DNA from: Yuukianura sp. NJ FZ-2021 | Lineage: Eukaryota | DNA length: 64,000 nt | NCBI GenBank assembly: GCA_046563655.1 | Contig: CM102285.1 | Location: 13,454,001 to 13,518,000 of the forward strand | Reading direction: 5' to 3' | Part shown: one piece after another, positions 37,143 through 51,576 of the stretch | Numbering within the stretch: the first letter of the stretch is position 1 | Layout: each line of letters begins with the position of its first letter | Position numbers and translations under genes: made by a program | Notes under the pieces: model-generated | Seen by the model: the letters and a program-made list of their open reading frames with translations, nothing else | What the model was told of the DNA's origin: nothing | Database searches by the model: none

Positions 37143-40100
37143 ATGACCTGTCGTCGAAGTGGCTCACTTTTTCTTTTGCTTTATCTCTCTATTACTGTAC
37201 TGTACTGTACCGTGACCTCTGTGACCTCCCCAGAATCTTCTGTACCAAATTGCTTTTCTAATGTCAACGGCGCTGTAGTAAACCGTGATTCCAGTCCGAA
37301 GTGCACAATAATCACCTCGAAGAATCAAGACTTCGAATGTGAAGAAATTCAAGGGTCAATGAACCAAATTGACAAGCAGTTCAGGATACGGGGAGAGTAT
37401 GGCAGTAAGAAACGAAATTTAATTTTTAGTAGATTTAAGTTATGTGTAATTTAATTCACAATTGATTGACAGTTTTGACGATCCAGTGCATATCATGGTA
37501 CCGACTGGACTTCGACTACGATGGATTTCGGGTAGAATTTTAGCACAATTTGTCAAAGTGTTGCTTTGCTCAAATAGTTTTTTGTGATACAGCCAACAGA
37601 AGCGATTAAAGTCAGCTACTGGAAAAATGTGACGGTTCCGGCAGAATCTGACCAATTTCAGTTTAGGCCCAGCCTTCCCATTACGTCTGTTGGACTCAGC
37701 GTGTCAATTTACAGTATTCAAACACTGTTTGAACAGTTTCAAAAAGACGAACATCGAAAACAGCTTCAAATTGCAAACACAACTCAACCAATCATCTACT
37801 CAAGAACTGGACGATACATTATTCACGCTATGGAAAAGGATTTACGACTCACGTAACGAAAATTTGAAGAATCTTTTCCGATGTTTGATAATGATTTTAT
37901 AAAAATTTGGTTTTATAGCACCAATAATCAGTCTTTCTACTTCTTCTTTGAAGGTTTGGAAACATTTGTAAACGTATACTATGTGTTTTATTTTTTTAAA
38001 TATTTGTATATTTGAAAAGTTTGATTACGTATGAAACCAGAGCCACTGATGAGAGGTCACGAAAGTTTTATATGGAACCAATACACCGATTTCTACAAAA
38101 GCGTCCCCGTCGACATTGATTTTGTCCCAACGAAACAAAATGAAAAGAAGCAATTCACCATTCCATGTCGGCCTTCACACTATTACACTACGGACAAGGT
38201 CATACTCATACTGGGGTAAGCCAGCATGCAATTGCTCACTTTCACTCACTAACTTAAGTACCGAACGAATAAGTAATGTTAATTTCTTATTTTCAACAGA
38301 ACGCCAGGGACGTGGGCTGCAAAAACTCTAACGCTGTTGGCAAAATTTGACCCAACAGTAGGATTCAAAGTGGACTCGGACAAATTGGGGGGCTTTGCAG
38401 ACCAACCACGTTTCCATTGTCAACTTATGTCGCCAGGGTCTAGTCATATGATTGAAATTGTATTGAATTCTCAACGTAAGTCTTCTGCAAAAGGTCAGCG
38501 GTCAATGACCTTCTGACTTTACATGTTCTAAATTTTACACTAGAACCTTCGGGGAAACTGTTCGGAGTAAATCAAATGAAAATGAGAAAGGACTCGGACG
38601 CTATTAGTCTGGAAATCGCGTTGAAGTTTACTCCGGAGTCAAATTTTGCAGCGTTGAAGTGCTCGTTCAATTCTGACAACGAAAAGAAGGGCACTGAAAA
38701 GTTCATGTCATGGGGAACACCTTTGACCTCGTTCCAGGAACTCCAGCATTCCAGAGAATTTGTTCTGCCGGTACAGAAGAATCTGTGCTTTCAAAACTTT
38801 GAATTTCAAGATTTTCTTTTGATTTTTTAGGATTTTTCAAAATTGAGTTACTACAGTCAAACTGGAGCGTATTATGGAAGTTTATCGTACGAAATCAAAC
38901 ACGAATCTTCCTTCGGTGTTATGTTTTGTACAACTGGCGAACAGTACAAGTATTTCGAGTATGAAATTGGGATCAACGGGGAGCGACTTCAGCATCCGGC
39001 AGGCTATGGTGAATCTTTTATCAACCTTAACTACATTATCAACTTAAGCTAACCTTATTAAGTTTAGGTTGGATTCCAAGAAATGTTCGGATGGACAAAT
39101 ACATTCATCTTCAACAGATCGCCCCCGATCCATCGGAAGTTTTGTACGATTTTCGTACTTTCATGTTCGTGTGCCGACATGCCACGCCCTATATGGCACC
39201 GCCTGTGCTCTGGTTTACCAGAAATATAGAAGCAAGATACAAACTAGGTACTACTTTGGTAATCAAAAAACATGAAGCCACCCAGTGACCTTTGACCTCA
39301 AAATTGTTTTTCACAGTTCATATTGATTCAGACTACAAAAGATTGACAAACCGTGCCTTTCCTACCCTAAGCATCAACCTCACCTCTGACATCATTGAAA
39401 TGTTCTGCTCCATATCGTTTATTGACGCTAACGAATGGACGAATTCTTCAGTCAATTTGGAAATAATTGGTGAGGGAACACATTTTTAGATGCTGGCAAA
39501 AATCAGTGACTTTGATCTTTATGTTCTGTAGCTGGCGATCCACCTATCATAACATCGACCACATTCGAATACGCGTTTCCAATAGATTCTGAGAATCGAC
39601 AAATGGAATGCTCCGCAAAGGGGCGCCCTACGCCGATGGTGTGGTGGGAACGAAATGGCAAGGTTGGTTCATAAAAAGAGTTGATTTGACCTTTGACTTA
39701 TGAGTGAAACTGTTTTTGATACAAAAACGAAGACAATGGGGGCTGAAAGGTCTGGAAGCAATACGCTCCAACTGGCCAAGATCACAAACGACTCTGCCGG
39801 GGAGTACATTTGTAGATTCAAGAATCCTTATGCAGAAGGTCATCAGGTATTTGTGGTTGACGTTGAAAAAGCGCCTGTCGTTAGCTTTACAGCTCATACA
39901 CCTCCTGGAGACGTGTTTCCATTTTATTGGGTCATCGTAGCTTTCGCAATAGTCTTCATTGTTGCTACAGTCTCAATTTACGCCTACTTCCGAATGCGGT
40001 TTAATCAAGTACTTACCAAATTCCAAAACTATTTAAGAAAAAATGTCAAAATTCGAAAACTCTCGACGCTTTTTTTTTATTTCAGATTTTGTCTAAAGAA

Positions 40101-41647
40101 GAAATCGACGATTTCAAAAATGGCGTGGCTCCGCCCCCAAGCGTTGATATGACCGCGCCTCCAGAGGTCACGCCAGAGAGTTTACCATATCCAAAGGAAT
40201 ATGAAATTCCTTTAGATCAATTTACAGTCGGTATGACTTTCTCCGTACTACAATTTTGCGAATCATGGAATTTCAAAATTTTATTAATTCAAAATTTTGT
40301 GAGTTCAAAATTTCAAAAATTTGTTTGGTAGATGGACAAAGTGTTCTTGGTGTTGGTAATTTCGGTGCAGTTTCGAAGGGCTATGTAAAAAACGTTCTGG
40401 TTGCATGTAAAACTGTAAAGGACAAATCAGACAAGGCGAGTATCAAGGCGTTTCTGTCTGAAATCAAAGTCATGATTTACCTAGGAGAAAGTCCATTTCT
40501 AGTGCGTTTAGTTGGAGCGTCGACTGCAAATTTAAAACAAGGTAAAAATCCAAAGTTCTGCTTCAAAAAGCTAATTGAAAAAAATGATTTTGAAGGAATC
40601 GTGTACGCATTTGTGGAGTTTTGTGAATTGGGGAGTCTGCTTGAGTTTCTTCAAAAACACCGTTCAGAATTTCTGAAATCTCAGTAAGAAATTGTACTCA
40701 AATGTTGCAGTTACATGTTTCGCACAATAACAAACTACAAGAAAGGTGGTTGACCTTTGACCTCTTGAGTGCTTTTGCATACATTTGAGATTTGACATTT
40801 AGGTATTCGAACATGGAAGTTGGAGGTCTTAATGTTGACTTACTAATCACTTGGTCAGTCCAAGTAGCTCGTGGTATGTCGTACTTGGGATCTAAGAAGG
40901 TACGAATTAGTACCTATATTATATTTTATTACCATAAAATGTGTTATATTTTATGTTTTATAATTAGATTCATTTATGCAGGTAATTCATGGAGACTTGG
41001 CTGCCAGAAACGTTTTGTTAACTCAAGGTCGATGTGTCAAAATTACGGATTTTGGCCTTTCTAGGTAAAAACTCGTTTTGAAAAATTCAAAACAAAAAGT
41101 TGAAAGAAAAGTTGGGAATACAAGGTTTGAGATTTCATTTGACCCTAGACAATTGTACAACTACTGCCAATATGTTCGGAAGGGCGAAGTACGTAAAAAA
41201 TTTGAATTATGCAATACAAAATTGAGCAAAATTTGCATGTGACCTCAATTGACCTTTGGCCTTTTCAAAGGAACCTTTGCCTTGGCGTTGGTTGAGCATC
41301 GAGGCGTTGGCTGACCTCACATTTTCCATTGAATCTGACATTTGGTCTTATGGAATTCTGCTATGGGAAATATTTTCTCTGGGTGAAGTGCCATATCCTG
41401 GACACAGTTGTACAATTGATTTCATCAAGCAATTGAAAGGTGGACTACGCATGGAATGTCCAACACTAATGGCACCGGAATTGTAAGGTCAAACGTTTCA
41501 AGGTCAAAGGTCAACTTCTTAAATTTTCAATTCTTTAGATTTGGGAAGTTAGTTCTCCCGTGTTGGGAGAAAGAACCAACGGATCGTCTGAAGTTTCAGG
41601 AAATCATTGACATCCTCGTTCCGTATCAACGTTACCAAAATGCTTAA
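37143..41647 (+). CDS. PDGF/VEGF receptor-like (Pvr-type) receptor tyrosine kinase
   Basis: Signal peptide; Ig-like exons ([19 protein letters not shown]...[10 protein letters not shown]); TM helix; kinase motifs [53 protein letters not shown]. Confidence 0.9.
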
Positions 41648-41959
41648 AATTTCGAAAATTATTTCAAAAAATTGCAGAACATCAACATTTTATGTAAACG
41701 ACCACGATTTCATTTTATTTTAAGACCTCGGACACAAGGAATTACGCTTAAGACGCAAACGCAATAGGAAAAGGACAGAGAGTGTGGGATACGATTTAAG
41801 GGACAAAAAATTAATGAAAACAAACGACAATACTCACAACGGCTTTTGAAATTAAACTTTGTTGTAATTTGTTAAACTCGAAATTAAGTTGCGCTAGGAC
41901 AAGGATGGAGTTTATATGTCGGTGAGATGGAATTCAATTTTGAACTAAAACGTCGACTT

Positions 41960-43862
41960 CTATTGTTGTGCGCACCCAACCCGTTGAGCGCCATGTGGAA
42001 CATCATCGTCTTCGTCGCTGTCATGAGCGTTTCCGGACATTTCTTCGTAGTCATCAAGATCAACTTCCTCCACGTTGTCTCCTGTCGGCATTTCAAAGGG
42101 AACTCTGGCTGGCAACAGTGATTCCAGAGTCTACAAGAGGCAAACAAACAGGATTAAAGACCACTACATAACTGCTGCGAAGATTTCCAGAAATCGCTGA
42201 TACTGGAATTCAGCCTAATTCTGCTGATGATGTACCTTTAGAGTTTTCTCATCTGTGAAATGATTCTGTGGGAACTCGACTTTCATTTTGATATTGAGGT
42301 TTCCTTTTAAATTTGGATTCTTGTACATTGGCATCCCTTCACCTTCTATCACCAACATCGCATCGGCTGATACAACTGCACCGGGCCTGGAACATACAAA
42401 GTGTGAATAGTAATCTAAGCTATTAGCTGTAGTTTATAATAGGTAAAAGTACTGGATTACCCTCGAGTGGCCACCAATGTCCTTCCGTCCAACTGATCAA
42501 TGACGAACTGGAACCCACAAAGAGCTTCTGCAAGTGAAATTGTCCGGGACATCTCCAAGTTGTCGTTGTTCCGCTCAAAGACAGCATGCGGCATCTGTTG
42601 AACGACGTAAATCCAGTCCCCGGTGATAACTCCGGGCTGAAATCAGAACAAAAACGAAAAGTTAGTTTAGAGTATCCAATCAGCTGGAGGTGATTCAAAT
42701 GAAGTCGTGCGTTACCTCTTCATCTCCCATTCCCTCGAGCACGATTTTGGTTCCATGAGTCATTCCCTTGGTGACTTCGACTTCCACTTCACGTGACTGT
42801 GTCTTGATCTTAGCTCCGGAACATCCCTTACACTTGTCTTTGTCAGGAATGACAGTTCCTTGACCTTCACACTTGTTACAGGCGCCTTGGAGCTGCTGAA
42901 CAAGTCCTGGTCCGAGCTGTCTGTACTGTACCTTGACGCCAGTACCGCGACAGTCTGCACAAGGTTTGCTCCCCTTGGAACTCTTGCTTCCACTCCTGAA
43001 ATACAAAGTTCATATACTGAAATGTCGTTTACGAGTAAGATAACATCTACAACAAGACTAAAACTCAAACTAACCCGTCACAAGTGCTGCACAGTGCTTT
43101 CCTTTCGATGGTTTTTGTGAAGGTTTTTCCATTGTAAAGATCTTCCAGTGTGACACTAAAAGGAAAATGATTGTAAGAAGTTTCACGCGAGTCTTAAAAC
43201 GCTGTAATGTTAATGTTCATTCAACTGTAACTCACGTCAATGGTTTCATAGTATTTTCCCCTCGACGTTCACGACGACGGCCTCCACCACCTCCTCCAAA
43301 GAACATTCCACCACCACCGCCACCGAACAGGTCACCGAAGATATCTGCCCCACCGAAGGCCGAAAACGGATCCATTCCACCACCGCCTCCTCCTTCCTTC
43401 AGTCCTTTAAGTCCAAATCTGTCGTAGATCCCTCGTTTTTTAGAATCCGAGAGAACATCGTAGGCATACGAGATCTCTTTAAACTTGTCTCCGTGATCCG
43501 GGTTTTTGTCTGGATGGAAATCCTTTGCCAATTTGTGGTATGCCTGAAAACAACAAAAATAAAAACAAAGGTCAAGCCAGTGTAGTAAACATCACTTCCT
43601 ATTCGTTCGGTAGCTATGGTTTCCAGGTCAACGTGGGATCCGATCTCGTCGTTAATTAAATTTGGATTATAAGTCATCTCCAGTGTATGATTCATGTTCA
43701 CGACGAGTCTGATTAGGACTAAAAGCGGCGATGACGAAGCAGCTGACTGATGGATGGAAATAAAAAAAATGAATCCTTGCCAAGAAATTTTCTTACCCGT
43801 TTGATGTCAAATTCCGAAGCGCTCCTGGGTACTCCCAAGGTATCGTACAGTTTGTTATCCAT
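41960..43862 (-). CDS. DNAJA: DnaJ/Hsp40 class A co-chaperone (DNAJA1/2-like)
   Basis: J domain with HPDKNP, G/F-rich region, four CxxCxGx(G) zinc repeats, GEGMP and C-terminal CAAX box CAQQ*. Confidence 0.95.
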
Positions 43863-44821
43863 CGTTTGAGTTAATTCGAGTTAAATTTGTAACAAAGCTA
43901 AGAAGAAGTTAAGTTAATTACAAAGACGACCAAAGAGGGAAATCCGTCTCTTTCGGAGGTCAATTGAAAAAGAGAAGTGAAGGTGTCGGGATCGAGAACT
44001 CCGTAGAAGAAAGCCAATGCATTGGGGGAGTTGTGGCCGTGGGAACTTTGTGTTGCACGGTCATGGTTTTTGCAAATTCGGAGTGTTGTCATATTTTTCA
44101 AGCTGTTTCAGAAGTATATGTTCAAAACTGGCACATTTTGCATTAAAAAATGTGCTCAATTTTATGAGACAACTTTTACTGAAAATCTAGATACTTTTGG
44201 CAACATAGAGAAAATGGGAATTTCAAAATCCACAACCGCGTCACCCACAAACAAGAAACAAGTTGACGCTTTTCTAAACTAAACTAAAGTTAACTTGCGA
44301 ATTAAATTAAATTTATAATATATTGTTAATTTAATTGAATCAGGTTTTGTTTCAAAATAAAACACAATTTAATGATGAATGCTTGCTGAAAGCATACGCT
44401 CAAGTTTCATCTTCTTCGAGTCGTTTCCGTAAAATGTAGCAATAAAAATTTTTTGTTTGTCATTTTAATGGTGCAACAAAAGGTGTTCATCAAAAGTATT
44501 TTTGGAAAACAAATTGGCGTAATTGCATTGTTTTTCGTTAATCAGCAGATACAAATTATATCTCTGCAAATTGGGATTAAAGCTAGCGTCACTTTTTGAT
44601 AAAAATTTAATTTCGCAAATCTCTTTAACCTTTGTTTTAGAACTACGCAGATAGAAGGTGATATGATAAAAATGAGACTCTGATACTAGAAAATGTATTA
44701 GAGTTTGCAATTTAGCAGAGTGACTACAGTCGATTGGTGTCAAGTACACCAAAAAGTACTTTGGAATTCGTTTTTCGTATTTTGTTGTTAACGCTAAAAC
44801 GTTTTTAGCGATAGCGACACA

Positions 44822-47800
44822 ATGGATCGATTTCTATTGGAAAGTGATGAAGAAGATGTAACGGGAATTCCTAAACGAAGTGAAGAAGTGTAAGATACGA
44901 TGACGAAAAAAAAATGAAATTCCTGGATTTCTTGAAAAATCGATTTGAGTTTTATAATTTTGTAAAATTTTTCAGAAACAAGAACATCCGAAAACCGTGG
45001 GACAAAGCAGAACTTTTGCCACCGGACGGCGAAACGCAAGCGTTCGAAGATGAAAAATGCTATTTATATTTGCTCAAAACGCTAAAGGTGAAACGTCAAC
45101 TTATTTTTGTTGAAGTTTTGCTCAATTCTGAAAATTGACCTTTGACCTCTGAAAACTGAATTTTTCAGATCCTGGCCTACATATTGACCTTCTTCTTGAC
45201 CCTTGGCGGGACAATGTTTGCCAAGTCAACGCTACTTCTAATGACTTCTCAGCTTACCCGAAATAGAACAGTTCCGTACTGCGCTGGTCAGTGACCTCAA
45301 CTTTTCAAAAAATTTCCGAAATAAAATTTCAAGTTTGCTATTTTTTGGTGCAACAAAAACGAAAAACGAAAGTTATTTTCAGAACACAAAGTTTGGTTTG
45401 CACTTTTGCCGATTAGAGGGACGACTAAAGTGAACCACAACGGATTGGTGTCAAGGTCAACAAAAAATAGCATGGAATTCGTTTTTCGTTTTCTAATTTA
45501 AGCGTTAGCGTAAAAACGTTTTGCCTCGTCGTGGCTTTCAGTCGTACTGCGCTGCTCTATGACCTCAAGTTTTTTGAAATGTCGCATAATTTTAGTTTTT
45601 GATGTTAATTTTTTCATTTTTCAGGGGAATATCAACAGTTGGAAACACACCCAATGCCACTGGAAGTAATTTCCTGGACATGGGCAATCTTCTTTTGTTT
45701 TACATTTCCAGAACTTCTGGTAGTCCTGAGATCTGTGCGAATTTGGATGTTCAAGGCCACAATGCGCCCAACATTTTTCCAGTTTTTCTTTCCAACGCTT
45801 TTCGAGGTTCCGTTTCCAAAATTTTCCAAAAATTTCAAGGTGCCAAAAACTTTTCAACTTCCGGCATATTTCTTTTCAGACTTTCCATGCCTTTGGCCTT
45901 TCACTGTTCGCTTTTGTCGTTCTGCCTTCGATGAACATCCTGCGTGGAACCATGCTCACAAACGCGTTTTGCACGATTCCAATCATTTTTAGTAAGATTT
46001 CATTTTGTTTTTGAAAAATAAAATGTCTCTAAATGCATGTTACCTGTTGAATGCTTGACCTTTGACCTGTGCAGGTCTGCTGAGCCGAACACCCCTAGAA
46101 AGTCCGAAGCATCCCGAGAAGGATGGTCGTTTAAAGTGGCTTACCGTAACTTCTATCGACTTTGCGGCATTCCTGAGTCTTGCAGCCGGATTTACGTTAT
46201 GGGCACTATTTAACAACGAACCGGAAGGCATGTCGTGGCTAATTCCGGTGACCGCGGTTCTCATCTCGTTCGGATGGTGGGAAAACTACGCCGACAGACA
46301 TTCCTTCTTCAGTAAATGTCCAATCATGTTCAAGCATTATTCAGAAACCACATCTGAATCAATCTCCAAGCTATTTTGCATTTGATTTTAGAACCAATCC
46401 GAATGCTCGGAAATTTGAAACTGGGAATGAGTCGATACACAACTTACATTTTTCTACCATTTTGGAAAATTTTCGTTTTCGGAGCTGGAATGGTCCTCTC
46501 GACTTGGCTAATGGGAGATGACTGGACATCACTTTTTACGGACTTTACAAAATCGTTTCAAACGCATATCATTGAATACAGTGAAGTGAGACTAATTTTG
46601 GAATGATTTGATTAATATAATATAAAATATGGTATAATAAATCAAACTTGAAATATTTAGGTGCGAGCTCCAATTGCCAACGGCAGTCTCCCGACGACTG
46701 GAGGTGACGAATTCTACGGTGAAGTCCATAACGCCAACAACGTGCCATCGGCTGTCCGGTGGGCCATTCTCGCCCAGACGATGGCTGGACTCATTGCATA
46801 CCTCACTGGTAATTTCAAATATACGCAACATAAACGATAACGTTCAAGCTTGTAAATTTCATAATTTCAACTATTTCAAATTTTATAGGAAAATTCGCAT
46901 GCAAAATTGGAATTCAGAGTTTCAGTTTCGCTTTCCCCCTGAGCCTTGGCGTTCCAGCGACGCTTGTGATGATTGCAACACTTTGCGGCCTTCGTGACAG
47001 AAATACTTGCCTACTTCGTGGCGTTTTTGCACCGTATCTATTCTGGGAGTGTCCGGAAGGCCACATTCTTCACGACTTCTTCCTCGGAGAGGTAATTTGA
47101 CACAACTTTTAAAAATATTTTGCAGCGATTCCTAATCCAACGTTTCTGTTTTTTCAGTTTGGTTGGGTATGGTTCCTCTGGATACTTGCCCAAATTTGGA
47201 TCACAATTCACATTTGGAGTCCAAAATTTAGACGTCTGGAACGTGGCGAAATTCTGTTTGTGCTGCCATACTACAGTGGGCTTATCGTCGACCAATCACT
47301 GACCATGAATCGTCGGAAACATGTGTATCACTATGACGTGCTTGACGAGGATGATGAACTGGAAGAGATGGAAGACACTGGAGCAGCGTATAAGCAGCTC
47401 AACAACGCTGTAGATTTCACTTTTGAAGACGACACTGTTCCCAAGATCTTCGCATGCGCTACAATGTGGCATGAAATCAAAGTAAACCGAAAATCGCTGA
47501 ATCTTTAAAAAATTTCAAAAACAATTCGCGAAAATTTTTCATCCTTGTGTATCCTTCCAGAGCGAAATGAGTGAAATGCTGAAAAGTATTTTTCGAATGG
47601 ACGAAGATCAGGCAGCACGCAGAATCGCTCGAAAATACTTTGCTGTCATGGATCCTGATTACTATGAACTAGAAAGTAAGTAGACGTCAAGTATTCAGTG
47701 CTTCAAAAATTTATGTAACAAAAAAACAAAATGTATGTTTTATGTTACAAAAAGTTAACATTTTGGACTAAATTTTGATTTTAGCACACATATTCTTCGA

Positions 47801-50800
47801 CGATTGTTTCAACAGAGCTGGAACGAGTGTCAACTCCTACGTAAAAGATCTACTGGACAGTTTAGAAGATGCTGCAAGTCAAGTTCATGAAACGATTGTC
47901 ACTTTGGCTCCACCCAAGAAGTATCCCACGCCCTACGGTGGAAGACTGGAGTGGACGTTACCTGGCGGCACAAAATTGTTCGTCCATCTCAAAAACAAAG
48001 AAAAAATTCGACATAAAAAACGCTGGTCACAGGTCATGTACATGTATTACCTCCTTGGCCACCGACTTCTGGAACGCGACATTCCTATATCCAGAAAAGA
48101 AGTTATCGGTGAGAACACTTTCATCTTGGCCCTTGACGGCGACATTGACTTCAAGCCGCAAGCCGTTCGACTCCTCGTGGATCTTATGAAGAAAAACAAA
48201 AGCCTAGGAGCCGCTTGCGGACGGATTCATCCAGTCGGATCTGGTTAGAAAAAAAACACAGCCATTTCTTAAAATTTCTCAAAAAGAAAAAAGAAAATTT
48301 CTGGTTTTTTAAAAAAATATTTGTTTCCAATTTCAGGTTTGATGGTGTGGTATCAAAAATTCGAGGTTAGATTATGTTTTTGGGGCAGTGAAACTTTTTT
48401 CCAAGCTTTCTGGTCAAAATTTTGGAAATTTCACGTTTTATGTTGTTTCAAACGTTTTTGTAACGTTTTCCAGTATGCGATTGGTCATTGGTTTCAAAAA
48501 GCAACGGAGCATGTCATTGGCTGCGTCCTGTGCTCTCCTGGATGCTTTTCACTTTTCCGCGGAAAGGCTCTTCTGGACAAAAACGTCATGGCCAAGTACA
48601 CTACGAAAGCAACCGAATCCAGACACTACGTTCAGTATGATCAGGGCGAAGACCGTTGGCTCTGTACGCTTTTGCTTCAACAAGGATACCGCGTCGAGTA
48701 TTCTGCTGCCAGCGATGCTCTGACACACTGTCCAGAACAATTTGGAGAATTCTTTACACAGAGACGCCGATGGGTTCCATCCACCATGGCCAATATCATG
48801 GATCTCCTCGTCGACTACAAACGAACAATTCGGACCAATCCTGACATTTCATCAATCTACATTGCTTATCAAGTAAGCTTTCAAATCTTTAGTATTTCTG
48901 TAGTTGACCTTTTGACCTTTGACCTTGACCTTCCAGACCTTCATGATGGTCGGATCAGTGCTGGGACCTGGAACAATTTTCTTGATGTTGATTGGTGCAT
49001 TCAACTCGGCCTTTAATATTCCTAACATGGAATGCTTTTACTGGAACATCGTTCCAGTTGGAATTTTTATTCTTGTTTGCTTCTTTGCCAAATCCGAAGT
49101 CCAGGTGAGTTGTTCTAAAATTTTGAAAAAAAAAATGCTTGAACCAACATTTTTTAAATTTTGAAAATACTGCTTGTTTTCAACGCAGTTAATTGTAGCC
49201 CAAATACTTTCGGCCGTTTATGCTCTGATTATGGTGGCGGTACTGGTGGCTCTTTTGATTCAAATTCAAGACGATGGACCGCTAGCTCCGACGTCGCTGT
49301 TTCTGTTCATGGTAGCGTCAAGTTTCATCGTGGCTGCAATTCTGCATCCACTTGAATTTTGGTGTCTACCGTACGGACTCGTCTACTACATCACCATTCC
49401 ATCCATGTACTTGCTCCTCATCATCTACTCACTGATGAACCTCAATGTAAGTCCAGATCAAGGTCAACTTAATCTATCTACTGCAGCCATGTCACAAATT
49501 TGGTTTATATTCAAGGTCGTATCTTGGGGAACTCGAGAAAACGTGGAAGAAGTGACGCCGGATCAGGTTCAGATTCGGAACACATTTTGTAGCAAAATTT
49601 TGAAAAAAATTAGAATCTTTGCTGAAAATTTCTGTTTGAGTTTTTTTTTTCTAAACAGGCAGCGGCGGCAGCAGCAGCAGCAGAACTAGCCAAGAAGAAA
49701 GACGCTGACGGAATACTTGGAACGCTCATGAATTATTTCCAGCCTAAGAAGACAGAAGAATCAGAAGGGTCCTTTGAAATATCATTCGCTGGACTTTTTA
49801 AACTAATGTGTTGCACAAAACCTACAATTGACGAAGACAAACTTCAACTTACAGAAATAAGTTCCACTTTACACGACATTAACAAGAGACTTGATAGCAT
49901 GGAACGGTAATAAGCCCCCCACTAAAATACTAAATCCGATTACTTTTACTAAAGTAATCATAGAGTAATCGAAAGCGTTTTGATAACGATTTTACTTTCA
50001 CCACAGATTTCCTGGAGAAAATCCTGCACACGTTTCTGTTCGAATCGATGACCAACCAGCTCTTCCAGAACAAACGGCAGAAGATTTCGGTGATTCCGTT
50101 TCACAATTCGAAACGGTACCGCTCAAACCCGGTAAAAACCGAACCACTTTTCTAAAAAAAATCGAAACAGAAGATTTACTTAATCAGTTGTCAATTATTC
50201 CTCCAGAGGAACCAGAAAAGAGAAACGATTTGGTCAATCCCGAGTGGATCGATGACCCTGACCTGCTCGACGGTGAAGTTGACTTCCTCACTGGAGATGA
50301 ACTGACGTTCTGGAGAGATATGATGGATAAGTACTTGCTTCCACTGGACGAAGACAAAGCAAAACAAGTAAAATTATCTACATTTTAAAACATGTTCAAA
50401 AATATGACCTTTTGACCTAATTTTGAAAGATTTCACTTTCAGAAAAAAGTTGCCGAAGAGTTGTACCAGCTCAGGAACAAAACAGTATTTTTCTTCTTCA
50501 TGGTCAACGCTGTTTTCGTCGTAGCAGTTTTCCTGCTCCAAAATGAAAAAGAAACGCTGTACATCGAGTGGCCCTTGGGCGGTACCTACAACATGACCTA
50601 CGTTACTTCGAACATGTACAATGTGAGTAACTTCACCTTTGACCTTGACCAAGCACTACTAAGTTTGAAATTCTTCTTATTAGATTGACCTCCAATCAAA
50701 TCCACTTAGACTGGAACCAATCGGAGTCTGTTTCGTTCTCGTCTTTGCAGTCGTGATGATTATCCAGGTTAATTTTCAAATTTCCGAATTTCGATTACTT

Positions 50801-51576
50801 CAGAAATCTAAAAACAGATTTCTTTTCCAGTTCATTGCGATGTTGATTCATCGCTTCGGAACTTTCAGTCACATTCTGTCATCAACTCCAATTGAGTGGT
50901 GTACCCGAGATGTCGAAGATGTAGCAAAAGAAAGCGCTTTGGAAAAGGAAGGACTCAATATGATTAGAAACCTTCAAAAACTTAAAAATAAGGAAGGCAA
51001 GTCCCGAAAAACTTTCAAAATTTTGAAAATATTTTGATAAAATCTTTCATTTTAGGAGACATGAAAGGTCGTAAGAGCAAAACTACAGTTGGAGATGTCG
51101 CGAGACGTAAAACGATTGCCAACTTGGAGAGGAGTCAAAACGTTGACAACAAGCCTGCCAATATCGAAAGTGCTTTCAATGCTGCCTTCAAGGAAGTGTC
51201 GCAATGTAAATTATTTAAAAATTAAAGTTAATTATATTAAAATTAGGTTGTGATTTTAATAATTTTAACTTTAATCCAGCCGGAGAGAAACAAGAGAAGC
51301 TGCTGCGAGGTGGGCGACAGTCGCGTGTCACTTTTCAACAATTAGCACGTCGCCGCAGTACTGTTCTCGAAAGACGTCAGTCAACAGTGACAGACATTCG
51401 GCGGAAGTCTGTCACCGTTCCAAATGACAGCTTCAGTGCAATGCCATATCAAAGGGGAAGAAGTGGCGCCAGTGTCCAGTACAAGAATCCAGTAAGTTGA
51501 TCAATTTCTGAATTTATTATTCAAAATTTTGAAATTTTGTTTTGAATTTCAGGCCTACGATTCAGACGGCGACTGA
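44822..51576 (+). CDS. CHS: Chitin synthase (arthropod type), more than 20 exons
   Basis: CATMWHE, TPYGGRL, KIRHKKRWSQVMYMYYLLG, LDGDIDF, CSPGCFSLFR, QYDQGEDRW, QRRRW, SWGTRE; TGA 51574-51576. The 5' start is the least certain part. Confidence 0.95.

Noticed and set aside
43870..44300. Heat-shock elements upstream of DNAJA
   Set aside because: Only scattered GAA/TTC units; no clean triple nGAAn array.
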